DNA of 64,000 nt, from the NCBI GenBank assembly GCA_025058055.1, contig JANXEU010000012.1:5095-69094 (forward strand). Direction: 5' to 3'. Numbering within the stretch: the first letter of the stretch is position 1; each line of letters begins with the position of its first letter. Below are positions 26,909 to 35,434 of the stretch, one piece after another. The position numbers and the translations under genes are program-made. The notes beneath the pieces are model-generated. The model did not search any database, was not told the origin of the DNA, and saw only the letters and a program-made list of their open reading frames with translations. This DNA is from Candidatus Calditenuaceae archaeon. GTDB lineage: Archaea; Thermoproteota; Nitrososphaeria_A; Caldarchaeales; Calditenuaceae.

Positions 26909-27655
26909 ATGGAGCTCGTGGAGGACTACGGAGAGGTCGTGAAGGGTAAGAAAGTGTTGTTGGACCTGTCTCCCGGCCCGGGAGCGGTTGGGATGATACT
27001 GGCTAACCTACTGCTCGAGCTGAAGGAGGTTAAGAGGGTGAAGTCCGTCTTCTCACCTCACTTCCCTCAAGTCTGTCTTATCGACAACGAGGGGCTGTCC
27101 TCTTTACCCAAGGTTGAGGTCTACCAGCGAGAAGACTCGGTAAACGCGATCGTCGTGGTCAGGAACTTCGTCGTGGACTCGACCGAGGCCGGAGAATCGG
27201 TATCGGAAAGGTTGGTCAAGGAACTGAGGGTAACACAAGACGACCTCCTGATTGTCATCACGAGCGGTAGGCTGACCGGGGCCGGCGACATCTTCGTGGC
27301 CTCTACCGATCAAGAACTACTCAGGTCTGCCGTGGCTGTCGGTGCGAAGATGGCTCCTCACATGGACGCACTACCGGTTGACAGGCTCTCCTCAGCGTTG
27401 TTAAGGAGGTGCGTGGTGGGAGGGGCAAAGGCGATGTTCGTTGTGGTGGACACCGAGGCCCTTATGCCGGACTTCAAGGCCGCCAAGAAGTTGGTGCAGC
27501 TCTTGTCGTCACTGCTAGGCATTCAGATAACCACAACCAGACTCGACGAGGAAGCTGCGAAGCAGCAGAGGTTCCTTCAACAGATGGAGAGAACGATGAG
27601 AGGTATGCTCGAGCCCGGTGAGGAAGAGGAGAGGAAGCCCTCCTACATCGGCTGA
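26909..27655 (+). CDS. PAC2-family (proteasome-assembly-chaperone-like) protein
   Basis: 248 aa with an N-terminal GPGAVGMILANLL...FSPHFPQV pattern recalled from PAC2/Pba proteins. Weak call. Confidence 0.45.
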   Translation: MELVEDYGEVVKGKKVLLDLSPGPGAVGMILANLLLELKEVKRVKSVFSPHFPQVCLIDNEGLSSLPKVEVYQREDSVNAIVVVRNFVVDSTEAGESVSERLVKELRVTQDDLLIVITSGRLTGAGDIFVASTDQELLRSAVAVGAKMAPHMDALPVDRLSSALLRRCVVGGAKAMFVVVDTEALMPDFKAAKKLVQLLSSLLGIQITTTRLDEEAAKQQRFLQQMERTMRGMLEPGEEEERKPSYIG

Positions 27656-27656
27656 A

Positions 27657-29825
27657 TCAGTCCACGATCTCGTAGATGTAAACGTAGCCATACGTGTTCG
27701 GGCTGTATGGCGGGCTAGACGAGTAAACGAGCCTGTACCCCTCGATCTGTGGCGGGTTGTAGACGTGATAGGTCTGAGTACCCAAGGCGACCGGTTTATA
27801 GGGTATCATGAGGCCCAGAGTAGTCTCACTCCAGAACTTGTCGGTCGCTGTGGTGGGTGAGCCGCCGGTTCCCAGAAGGCTCGCCTCATCGATCGACGCA
27901 TACCCCAAGTTGCCTGCCTCTTGGTTTGCGATCTTGAGCATCCAATACCACTTGGACTCGTCGCCGTAAAAGAGGAGTTGCCCTCCCTGTTGACCGCCGA
28001 CGAACGGTGCAAACGTCACGAATATCAGCACATGCGTCGCCCCCAGCTCCTTGAAGATCGGCCTACTCGCGTTGGGGGGTGACAGGTATGCATAGGCGAC
28101 CTTCGCGATCCTTATGCTGTCTATCGTCGTGTTATCGATGATGCTCGTTCTGTTCCCCAGCCTCGAGATCCAGTTACCGTAGTCCCACCACGATGCGACC
28201 ACCGCGTTCTCAGGAAGGTTGTTCTTCATCCACTCGAGCGCCCTCGTCCAGTCCAAGACCGGTTGCTTGACGGGTAAGCTGCTGGTCAGTACGGTCGGTG
28301 GTACTTCTGCGTAGTCGATGCTAGAGTACTGCGAGACGCCACCGGCCCTTACGGGCACGTAGTAAAGCGTGACGACCAGAAGGATCGCTAACGGTACCGC
28401 TATCAGAGCCCTGCTCTCCAGAGCCACTCTTCTTCTGATCCTCGGAGCGGGTGAAGCTAGAGTCCTGAAGCCTCCCTCGATGATGTAGGAGAGGGTTGTG
28501 CCTGCCAGTACCGAGACTACGGGAGACGTGGGCAACGCGAGCCTCACCATCGAAGACGCGAAGTAGAAAGCGAGAATTGCGTAGACTGCCAAGAAGATGG
28601 CCTCGTTCGTTCTCCTCTTAGCAACCAGGTAGAGCGCGAAGGGCGTGAGGAGGAGCGTTGGGCCGAAGTCGAAGAAGAGAGATCCCCAAGTCGCGAGCTG
28701 GTTCTCAGCAACTGATTGGACGATCGGCAGCGTTCCCCTGAACTGCGGCAACAAGACCGAGAAGAACTTCACCCCGGGAACGTCGAGGGCTCCGAGCGCG
28801 ACGACGGTGACTCCCAAGATCGCAACCGCTAGAGCTATTCCCCTAGTGACTATCAGCGACTTGACCTCGTCCAAACGCTCCTTCGCAAGCCATACCGCGA
28901 TGAGGTACGGTATGATGAGCCACCCCGCGGCCATGCTGAACTCTGTGAGGTATCCGATGCCCAACTTCGGGACATTCACGGCGATCATCGCGTATGTCGA
29001 GAATGTTGCGAGATACGAGAGGAGGAGGTTCCTGTTGAGCCGGCCGATTAGGGTCAACAAAGCCGTGTAAAGAGGTATCATAGCGATGACCATTCTGTGT
29101 GCGCCCCACGTAGCGGTAACGTATCCGACGAAGAGCCCAGAGATCACTCCGAACAGTAGAGATCCCTTGAGAGACCTCTTCTCGTTTATGGCGACGAGAT
29201 AGAAGAGGAAAGCGGCGTGCATGAGAGGTATCGAAAGGGCCTCGTCGTCAAACCAGCCGTAATGTGTCCTCGATATATGGGCGGCGCTGACTGAGAGCAA
29301 CAACACGGACGCTAGAGCTGCACCCCTACCTACAATGTACCTCGCGAAGAAGTAGACGATCACGATCGTAACCATTCCGTAGAAAACCGGTAGGGCAGCT
29401 GCCAGAGCCACCGGTTCCACGGAGACTCCGAGCGACGAAAGCGCTAGGTAGATGAAGGCCATAGTGAAAGCGACTCCAGGGTAGAACGTGGATCCAACGT
29501 TGAGCCCCGTGGGGTACCATGAGAGCGTGTCGACCATCTCCCTGAACTCCCAGAACCCGGACCATCCCCTCTCGATGATCATGGTCGCAACTCTGTAGTG
29601 CCACCAAGGGTCGAACTCGCTCAGGATAGGGCCCCACTTCGCAGGAAGCGATCTCACCATGAAGGCCGTCGAGACCGCAATCAGCAAAACTGCTGCCTCT
29701 ATCGGTGTTAACCTTCCGCCGAGCTTCTTGTCGAGCCAACGGAAGGCTGTCGAGACACTTCCGAAGAGATGACGAGCTCCCGAGGACATCCTCCGGTACG
29801 GCTCGCTCTCACCTAATAATCTCAC
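27657..29825 (-). CDS. aglB: oligosaccharyltransferase AglB (STT3 family)
   Basis: Polytopic N-terminal half and the WWDYGNW catalytic motif; 722 aa. Confidence 0.9.
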   Translation of the reverse strand: MRLLGESEPYRRMSSGARHLFGSVSTAFRWLDKKLGGRLTPIEAAVLLIAVSTAFMVRSLPAKWGPILSEFDPWWHYRVATMIIERGWSGFWEFREMVDTLSWYPTGLNVGSTFYPGVAFTMAFIYLALSSLGVSVEPVALAAALPVFYGMVTIVIVYFFARYIVGRGAALASVLLLSVSAAHISRTHYGWFDDEALSIPLMHAAFLFYLVAINEKRSLKGSLLFGVISGLFVGYVTATWGAHRMVIAMIPLYTALLTLIGRLNRNLLLSYLATFSTYAMIAVNVPKLGIGYLTEFSMAAGWLIIPYLIAVWLAKERLDEVKSLIVTRGIALAVAILGVTVVALGALDVPGVKFFSVLLPQFRGTLPIVQSVAENQLATWGSLFFDFGPTLLLTPFALYLVAKRRTNEAIFLAVYAILAFYFASSMVRLALPTSPVVSVLAGTTLSYIIEGGFRTLASPAPRIRRRVALESRALIAVPLAILLVVTLYYVPVRAGGVSQYSSIDYAEVPPTVLTSSLPVKQPVLDWTRALEWMKNNLPENAVVASWWDYGNWISRLGNRTSIIDNTTIDSIRIAKVAYAYLSPPNASRPIFKELGATHVLIFVTFAPFVGGQQGGQLLFYGDESKWYWMLKIANQEAGNLGYASIDEASLLGTGGSPTTATDKFWSETTLGLMIPYKPVALGTQTYHVYNPPQIEGYRLVYSSSPPYSPNTYGYVYIYEIVD

Positions 29826-29855
29826 CCTTTCGAACTGACGGCTCGTCGATCGGAA

Positions 29856-30176
29856 CTACTTCGCGAGCCCGAAGGCGAAACCGATCAGGAGCCCTATGAG
29901 GAAAAGCGGATAGCTCATCAGAGGGCCCAGCGAGCTCCTCGCTAAGTCGGCTATGGGCGACAGAGCTCCAAGGAGCGACTGAACTGGTGGCAGTCCCGCG
30001 ATCGTGAGGCCTAACAAAACCACTATAGCTAGACCCACCAGAACAACCAGGAGGCCCCGAACCACCCTACCTAATCCGTATCCGATCAGAAGCCCCACTA
30101 CTAGCGTGAACCCCTGAACGACGTATTGCTGAGTATTGGCGTCGAGCATGGCCACCTCGCTGAATGTTCGTTGCAC
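29856..30176 (-). CDS. small integral membrane protein
   Basis: 106 aa with three hydrophobic, Gly/Leu-rich helices. Confidence 0.45.
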   Translation of the reverse strand: MQRTFSEVAMLDANTQQYVVQGFTLVVGLLIGYGLGRVVRGLLVVLVGLAIVVLLGLTIAGLPPVQSLLGALSPIADLARSSLGPLMSYPLFLIGLLIGFAFGLAK

Positions 30177-30207
30177 TCAGTGGAGATAAGTCTTTTCGGT
30201 TGAATAG

Positions 30208-31137
30208 TTAAAGCCACCCCCACCTGCCGAATATCAAGTAGAGCAGCGCCGCCTCTGTGTGCATCCTGTTCTCAGCCTGATCGTACATGACCGAGCTCGG
30301 GCCATCGGCGATTTCCGCATCGACTTCCTCACCTCTCTTGACCGGCATGCAGTGCATGAACTTCGCCTGAGGCTTCGCTAGCGACATCAACTCTCTCGTG
30401 ACCCTGTAACGCGGAACAAAGGCCTTCAGTCTCTGCTCGCGCTCGGCTTCAAAACCCATTGACACGAAGACGTCGGTGTACACGAAGTCTGCACCCTTGA
30501 CAGCCTCCTTCGGGTCTTCAGTGAGCGTGACCTCGGCACCTGAGGCCCTCGCGGCCTCCAACGCTCTCTTGGTCTGCTCCTCCGACACGGAAAATCCCCG
30601 CGGCGAGGCGATCGCGAAGTCGACTCCAGTAAGAGCGCAGGCCTGCATGAGGGAAGTCGCGACGTTGTTCCCGTCTCCAACGAATGCGACCTTGACTCCG
30701 TTGAAGGTCCTTTTCAGCTCGAAGACGGTCATGAGGTCTGCGAGAGCTTGGCAGGGGTGGTGTTGGTCCGAGAGTGCGTTGATTACGGGTACGCTTGAGT
30801 GTGTGGCTAGCTCCCTGAGTGTTGCGTGGCTGTAGACCCTGCAGACAAGTCCGTCGACGTACCTCGAGAGGACCTTTCCAACGTCGCTCACCGGTTCGCC
30901 TCTGGCTAGCTGGAGCTCCGCTGAGGAGATGTAATCGTAACTGCCTCCGAGCCTGTGAATGGCAGAAGTGAAAGAGACCCGTGTCCTAGTGGAAGGCTTC
31001 TCGAAGATCAGCGCTAGAGTTGTACCCCTGAGCCCGTTTGGGGGGTAACCCTCGGATTTGAACCGAACAGCCGTCCTCACGGCCTCGATGAACTCGGACC
31101 TAGACAGGTCAAGGACTTCGAGGTAGTGCCTGACCAT
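30208..31137 (-). CDS. argF: ornithine carbamoyltransferase
   Basis: STRTRVSF, HPCQALADL, DVFVSMG and HCMP motifs. Confidence 0.85.
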   Translation of the reverse strand: MVRHYLEVLDLSRSEFIEAVRTAVRFKSEGYPPNGLRGTTLALIFEKPSTRTRVSFTSAIHRLGGSYDYISSAELQLARGEPVSDVGKVLSRYVDGLVCRVYSHATLRELATHSSVPVINALSDQHHPCQALADLMTVFELKRTFNGVKVAFVGDGNNVATSLMQACALTGVDFAIASPRGFSVSEEQTKRALEAARASGAEVTLTEDPKEAVKGADFVYTDVFVSMGFEAEREQRLKAFVPRYRVTRELMSLAKPQAKFMHCMPVKRGEEVDAEIADGPSSVMYDQAENRMHTEAALLYLIFGRWGWL

Positions 31138-31247
31138 CGCTGAGAGTTCGATAACCCCGAAAATAATAGGCTATCCGGCCGCACTTCCACCTTCGTCAGG
31201 GACTGGGTCTCTTCGCTTATATCCGGTGAACTACGGTTCGAGCAGAG

Positions 31248-31436
31248 TTGTCCTGTCAACTCAAGGTTCGTGGCGGTTTAAGGCCGCTGACGGTCAGGCT
31301 CCCCGAGTCGTACATAGAGGTGCTGGAGGAGTTGGTCGAGTCGGGCGTTTACGTGAGCGTCGCTGAGGCTGTGAGGACCGCGATCAGAGACCTCATCGCT
31401 AGAGAGGGCTTTCTTATCAGGGGCGACCGGAAATGA
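31248..31436 (+). CDS. ribbon-helix-helix (CopG-like) DNA-binding protein
   Basis: LTVRLPESYIEVLEELVESGVYVSVAEAVRTAIRDLI fits a beta-strand plus two helices. TTG start is uncertain. ATGA overlap with the next ORF. Confidence 0.55.
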   Translation: MSCQLKVRGGLRPLTVRLPESYIEVLEELVESGVYVSVAEAVRTAIRDLIAREGFLIRGDRK

Positions 31437-31855
31437 GCTCCGTTTTGCTGATCGAGGAGGTGAACAGGGCGCTCTCAGAGCTGCTAGAGAGGGTGAGAGA
31501 GGAGGGCCTCATCGCCGCAGTCGCGAAGGGTTCGATACCGCCCGTTTACCCGAGAGCCACGCTGTTGTTGAGGGAGGCTAGAATAGAGAGGAGGACTATA
31601 GGAGGCAGCGCACTCTCAGTCACACAGGAGTACGAGATCGTCATCGAGAGCTTAAGGCCTGATCACGTTATTCAAGCCGAAGAGGCCCTGCGCGCGGCCG
31701 TCAGGACCATGGAGCTTCTACTCATGGAGGGGCCGAGAACCGTCGGAAACCGACCCGTCGAGGTCTTCCCCTACGAGATGAGACGGATCGAGATGCTCGA
31801 TAGCGGTAGGATGTCGACGCTGGTATCTGTCCACGTGAGGGTGCTTGTCGGGTGA
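31433..31855 (+). CDS. hypothetical protein (140 aa) coupled to the RHH gene
   Basis: Protein-like composition and a 4-nt start/stop overlap with the RHH gene. There is only a vague resemblance to phage neck/tail-completion proteins. Confidence 0.4.
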   Translation: MSSVLLIEEVNRALSELLERVREEGLIAAVAKGSIPPVYPRATLLLREARIERRTIGGSALSVTQEYEIVIESLRPDHVIQAEEALRAAVRTMELLLMEGPRTVGNRPVEVFPYEMRRIEMLDSGRMSTLVSVHVRVLVG

Positions 31856-32303
31856 ACTGCATAACCGCACCTCTTTTCCTCATGATCCTCATCAGGAGCA
31901 GAGAGAGTGTCATGACCGCGAGGCCGAGAGGCAGTAGGATTGGTGCCGCGATCTTGAAGTCGCGCCTCGATGCGACAAGCATCGCGATGCCTGCGGAGTA
32001 AGCGACCCCGACGATCGAGACGGCTCTTCTGAAGATGGATGACCTCTCTCGATGTGCCAGAACAGCGACAAGGGAGAGGGCGACAGCTCCTGCAGCTAAC
32101 AGGGCCAGAGACTCGGGCGTTCTGCTCCTCAACCGTATCTCGTACTCCTCCCAGTGTAGGGGGATGTCTCCAACGAAGGGGACGTAGAACTCCCTCACGA
32201 TGACCCTCTTGATGAGCTCAGACTCTGGAGACGAGAGTGAGATTCCACCTGCGATGAAGAAGAGGGCCGCGAACGCGAGTCCCAACATCAGAAGTACCCT
32301 CAT
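31722..32303 (-). CDS. integral membrane protein (about 4 TM)
   Basis: Hydrophobic helices through residue about 140. The basic tail lies antisense to the preceding + gene, with a 134-nt convergent overlap. Confidence 0.5.
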   Translation of the reverse strand: MRVLLMLGLAFAALFFIAGGISLSSPESELIKRVIVREFYVPFVGDIPLHWEEYEIRLRSRTPESLALLAAGAVALSLVAVLAHRERSSIFRRAVSIVGVAYSAGIAMLVASRRDFKIAAPILLPLGLAVMTLSLLLMRIMRKRGAVMQFTRQAPSRGQIPASTSYRYRASRSVSSRRGRPRRVGFRRFSAPP

Positions 32304-32596
32304 CCAACTCTCCTCCTACGGCTTCGAGTCAAGACTATTGCACCGAACAGGTCGTTCAGCAAGGTCACCGCACCACCTGTCAGAAGAAGTTCCTCCATTC
32401 GGAGATCGGTGATGTCGAGGCCCAAGTGTGGTGAGATCAGACCGACGAGGGCGCCGACCGCGACGGTCTTGAGGAACTTGCGTGGAGAGAACCCCTCAAA
32501 TCTCCTCGACTTCAGATAGCCTGCACCAGCGAAGACGGCACCGTAGAGCGCCCCTAGTAAAGCTGCGGAGAAGCTCAATTGGACCTCATGATCCAA
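32300..32596 (-). CDS. small membrane protein (98 aa)
   Basis: Gly/Ala-rich TM segments; 4-nt overlap with the downstream gene. Confidence 0.45.
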   Translation of the reverse strand: MDHEVQLSFSAALLGALYGAVFAGAGYLKSRRFEGFSPRKFLKTVAVGALVGLISPHLGLDITDLRMEELLLTGGAVTLLNDLFGAIVLTRSRRRRVG

Positions 32597-32792
32597 TCGT
32601 CGTCCACCTCTTAGTTCGAGGCGAGAGCCTCAAACAGCCGTTGCAGCAGGGGCACCTCAACGAATCGTCAACCGATCTGCAGCATCTCAGGGGGAGGGCT
32701 GCGTCGCAGACGGCGCACCAAGCATAACCCAACCGGTACCTCACCCTCCTCGAAGCGCCGTCGATCGAGGTGCAGAACGACCTGCATCTCAT
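32586..32792 (-). CDS. zinc-ribbon protein (start moved to internal ATG)
   Basis: GYAWCAVC...RCPCCNGCLRLSPR has two CxxC pairs. The internal ATG forms an ATGA overlap with the upstream gene's stop. Confidence 0.4.
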   Translation of the reverse strand: MRCRSFCTSIDGASRRVRYRLGYAWCAVCDAALPLRCCRSVDDSLRCPCCNGCLRLSPRTKRWTTIGS

Positions 32793-33025
32793 CTCGCACA
32801 GGGCCTCCGACTGGTTCTCCGCACCATCTCGCTGAGGGAAAGGCCACCTCCGAAGCTGCCGACGAGCGCGGCCTCCAGCGCCCTTCCCGCCCATAGAAGC
32901 AGGACGAACGCGATCGCAAGTACCAGAGCCAGCAACCCGAGCCAGTCGTCCATTCCGACCTTGACGGTCAGCCCTTTGCCGGTCCTCCTCACCGTAAGTC
33001 TGTCCTCTCTCCTCATCTCAATCAC
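32789..33025 (-). CDS. single-pass membrane protein (78 aa)
   Basis: Central TM helix WLGLLALVLAIAFVLLLWA; overlaps both neighbouring genes. Confidence 0.4.
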   Translation of the reverse strand: MIEMRREDRLTVRRTGKGLTVKVGMDDWLGLLALVLAIAFVLLLWAGRALEAALVGSFGGGLSLSEMVRRTSRRPCAR

Positions 33026-33344
33026 CGGTCAGGAGTACTCCGCCTCTGGACCTGAGGTCCTCTGTTAAGACCTCCAGCTCCTCCCTCACAGCCCTCAGGT
33101 AAGAGGTCACCTCGTCCCTTTTCGGAGACCTCCACGCGACGAACAGCAAAGCGGCGATTGTGCTGGAGAGCTTCCTTATTCTAGGCGGAGGTTCCACCAA
33201 GGGCGCATCAAGTCCGGACGCGTTTAGGGCAGCGTCGATCAACGCGTCAGCCTCTTCGACGAAGGCCCTGAGAACCTCGTCGTACGTCGAGTCGTCCACG
33301 GGAAGACCGACCTTCACCTTCACCTCTTGCACCGAGCCGTACAT
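33018..33344 (-). CDS. hypothetical protein, weakly reminiscent of phage gp6-type head-tail connector/DNA-packaging proteins
   Basis: 108 aa. The N-terminal VQEVKVKVGLPVDDSTYDEVLRAFVEEADALIDAAL resembles the connector-family N-terminal helix pattern. Unverified. Confidence 0.35.
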   Translation of the reverse strand: MYGSVQEVKVKVGLPVDDSTYDEVLRAFVEEADALIDAALNASGLDAPLVEPPPRIRKLSSTIAALLFVAWRSPKRDEVTSYLRAVREELEVLTEDLRSRGGVLLTGD

Positions 33345-33468
33345 CGACTAGGTAGGAGCAGAAGTCAAGCATTACCCCTCGCTATATTGACGTTTTAGTT
33401 TTAAAATTCACTGAAATCAAGTTTCAAAAAAGCGATACTGAGTAAACTTAGTCTAAATCGATACAGGC
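33345..33468. promoter_or_regulatory. AT-rich divergent promoter region
   Basis: This is the only strongly AT-rich stretch in the cluster (CTATATTGAC, TTTTAGTTTTAAAATTC, TTTCAAAAAAGC). It lies between two divergent, tightly coupled operons. Confidence 0.45.
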
Positions 33469-33813
33469 GTGGTGAGTAGAAGGATCAGGGAGGCGTTGCG
33501 TAGTGTGAGAGAAGGAGAGCTGATAGTTGTGAAGTGGTGGGACGCCTGTACGTGGAGGGACGTGCCCAACTCGGTCAGAAACCCGAGGAAGGTCGACAGT
33601 CCAATCTACTCCATCGGTGCCTTCGGAGGCGTCGTCAAGGGAGAGAGGGTTGAGTACCTCAGGTTGATCGTTGAAAGGAAGCCCGACACCAGCGACATCA
33701 CCTACATACCACTACAGCTGATCGAAGGGGTCGAGAGGGAGAGGTTCAGCGCCCCCAAGAAGCGCATAAGGAACTATGTGGACAACCTGAGGTTCTACGG
33801 TGAACGCGTGTGA
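33469..33813 (+). CDS. hypothetical protein (114 aa), first gene of the terminase-like operon
   Basis: Protein-like composition and a GTGA overlap with the next gene. Confidence 0.4.
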   Translation: MVSRRIREALRSVREGELIVVKWWDACTWRDVPNSVRNPRKVDSPIYSIGAFGGVVKGERVEYLRLIVERKPDTSDITYIPLQLIEGVERERFSAPKKRIRNYVDNLRFYGERV

Positions 33814-34124
33814 CCTCAGGGCTTCACAAGGAGTTCGTGTCCGTGGAGAGGAGGCTGAGGAGGCTTGCGAGATCGATCGAGAGGAGGTCTTCCGAGAAGG
33901 GCGTTCCGAGCGACTGGAGGCAGCTTGAGGAGGAGGTATGGTCGTTGGTGCAGGAATCTTACTCGCTCTCCCAAGCGGCAAAGTCCGAGGGCGATCTGAA
34001 GACCTCTAAGGCGTGTGTCGGTGTGGCTCTCAGAGGACTCGAGCTTCTCAGCAAGTTGAGGCGTGACCGAGAACTCGAGGAGATCAGGGCCCTAGTCGAC
34101 CGAATTGAGGAGGAGGAGAAATGA
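33810..34124 (+). CDS. coiled-coil protein (104 aa) in the small-terminase position
   Basis: Charged helical sequence; ATGA overlap with the terminase-like gene. Confidence 0.4.
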   Translation: MTSGLHKEFVSVERRLRRLARSIERRSSEKGVPSDWRQLEEEVWSLVQESYSLSQAAKSEGDLKTSKACVGVALRGLELLSKLRRDRELEEIRALVDRIEEEEK

Positions 34125-35434
34125 GCCGCTCGGTGCCGCATAACCTCAGGAGGAGGATCGAGACCCTCAGGAGACTGCGTCGATCTAGAGGCGTCTCGGT
34201 CCCAGAGGATCCCGTGGACTTCGCGGTCAACTTCCTCGCTTGGAGGCCCTTCCCCTATCAGATGGACTTGCTAACCGACAGCAGCACGAGGATATGCGTC
34301 TGCGCCGCGAGGCAGGTGGGTAAGTCCACGACCATTGCGGTTAAGGCACTTCACACCGCGCTGTCCAAGAGAGGGTCGAGGGTGCTCGTCGTTGCACCGA
34401 CTCTACGTCAGAGCTTGCTCTTCCTCGAGAAGGTCCATGAGCTCCTCAGGAGGTCGGAGGTTGCCTTCGGCTCGCTGGCCAAGACAGACAGGACGTCCGT
34501 GAAGTTCCTCAACGGCAGCAAGATCATCGCACTTCCCTCGGGCCGTTTCGGGCACACAATCAGAGGTTTCACGGCAGACGCGGTGATCGTGGACGAGGCG
34601 GCGTTCGTTCCGGAGGAGGTGATCACGGAGGCGCTGATGCCGCAAGTCGCAACGACCGGAGGTAGCATCGTCTTGATAGGAACTCCATGGGACAGAGGGC
34701 ACGTCTTCTACAGGTGCTTCACCAGTAGCGGCTGGAGCGTTAAGAGATGGCCGGCTAGCGTCTGTCCACTAATTCCGAGCAGCTTCGTCGAGGAGCAGCG
34801 CAGGCTCGTCGGCGAGGAGGCATTCAGGAGGGAGTACCTTGCGGAGTTCGTGGAGGACTCGAATTCGTTCTTCTCGGCTGAGCTGATCAGGAAGTGCGTG
34901 GCCGACTATGACCCCTCACCGGGGAGAGGTTCGGAGCTGGTCGCGGGGTACGATTGGGGCGGAAGGTCCGACCCGAACGCTCTGGTAGTCGTCGAGTGCT
35001 GTGGCGGTTTTTTGAAGTTGGTTCACGCTGAGACCTGGATGAGTGACAGCTACGCGTACTCGGTCTCTAGAGTTGCATCGCTCCAGAGGGAGATGGGGTT
35101 CAAGGTCGTCTTGGAGGAGATAGGCGCAGGGGTCCTGGTGAGAGAGCAGCTCGAGGCTTCAGGAGTCGACGTGATAGGTGTCGGCCCCTCTGAGGTCGAG
35201 AGGACGATGCTCCTCCTGAGGGTGCTAATGGAATCAGGAAAGGTGAAGATCTACCTCGACCACAGGCTCGTCGACTCGCTCAGGTCCGTTAGGTACGAGA
35301 AGACTAGAAACGGCAGGGTCAGGTTCTTCCACGACCCTGGTACCCGCGACGACCTTGCAAGGGCCCTAGCACTTGCTGCCTGGGGATCTACTCTGTCGCC
35401 TTTGAGCGTCTCTGTTGCTCTCTTGGAACCATGA
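34121..35434 (+). CDS. terminase large subunit-like ATPase/nuclease
   Basis: PYQ adenine motif, Walker A AARQVGKST, Walker B AVIVDEAAF and coupling motif IGTP. The C-terminal RNase H-like nuclease acidic residues are AGYDWGG and TRDDLARALALAAW. Confidence 0.75.
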   Translation: MSRSVPHNLRRRIETLRRLRRSRGVSVPEDPVDFAVNFLAWRPFPYQMDLLTDSSTRICVCAARQVGKSTTIAVKALHTALSKRGSRVLVVAPTLRQSLLFLEKVHELLRRSEVAFGSLAKTDRTSVKFLNGSKIIALPSGRFGHTIRGFTADAVIVDEAAFVPEEVITEALMPQVATTGGSIVLIGTPWDRGHVFYRCFTSSGWSVKRWPASVCPLIPSSFVEEQRRLVGEEAFRREYLAEFVEDSNSFFSAELIRKCVADYDPSPGRGSELVAGYDWGGRSDPNALVVVECCGGFLKLVHAETWMSDSYAYSVSRVASLQREMGFKVVLEEIGAGVLVREQLEASGVDVIGVGPSEVERTMLLLRVLMESGKVKIYLDHRLVDSLRSVRYEKTRNGRVRFFHDPGTRDDLARALALAAWGSTLSPLSVSVALLEP

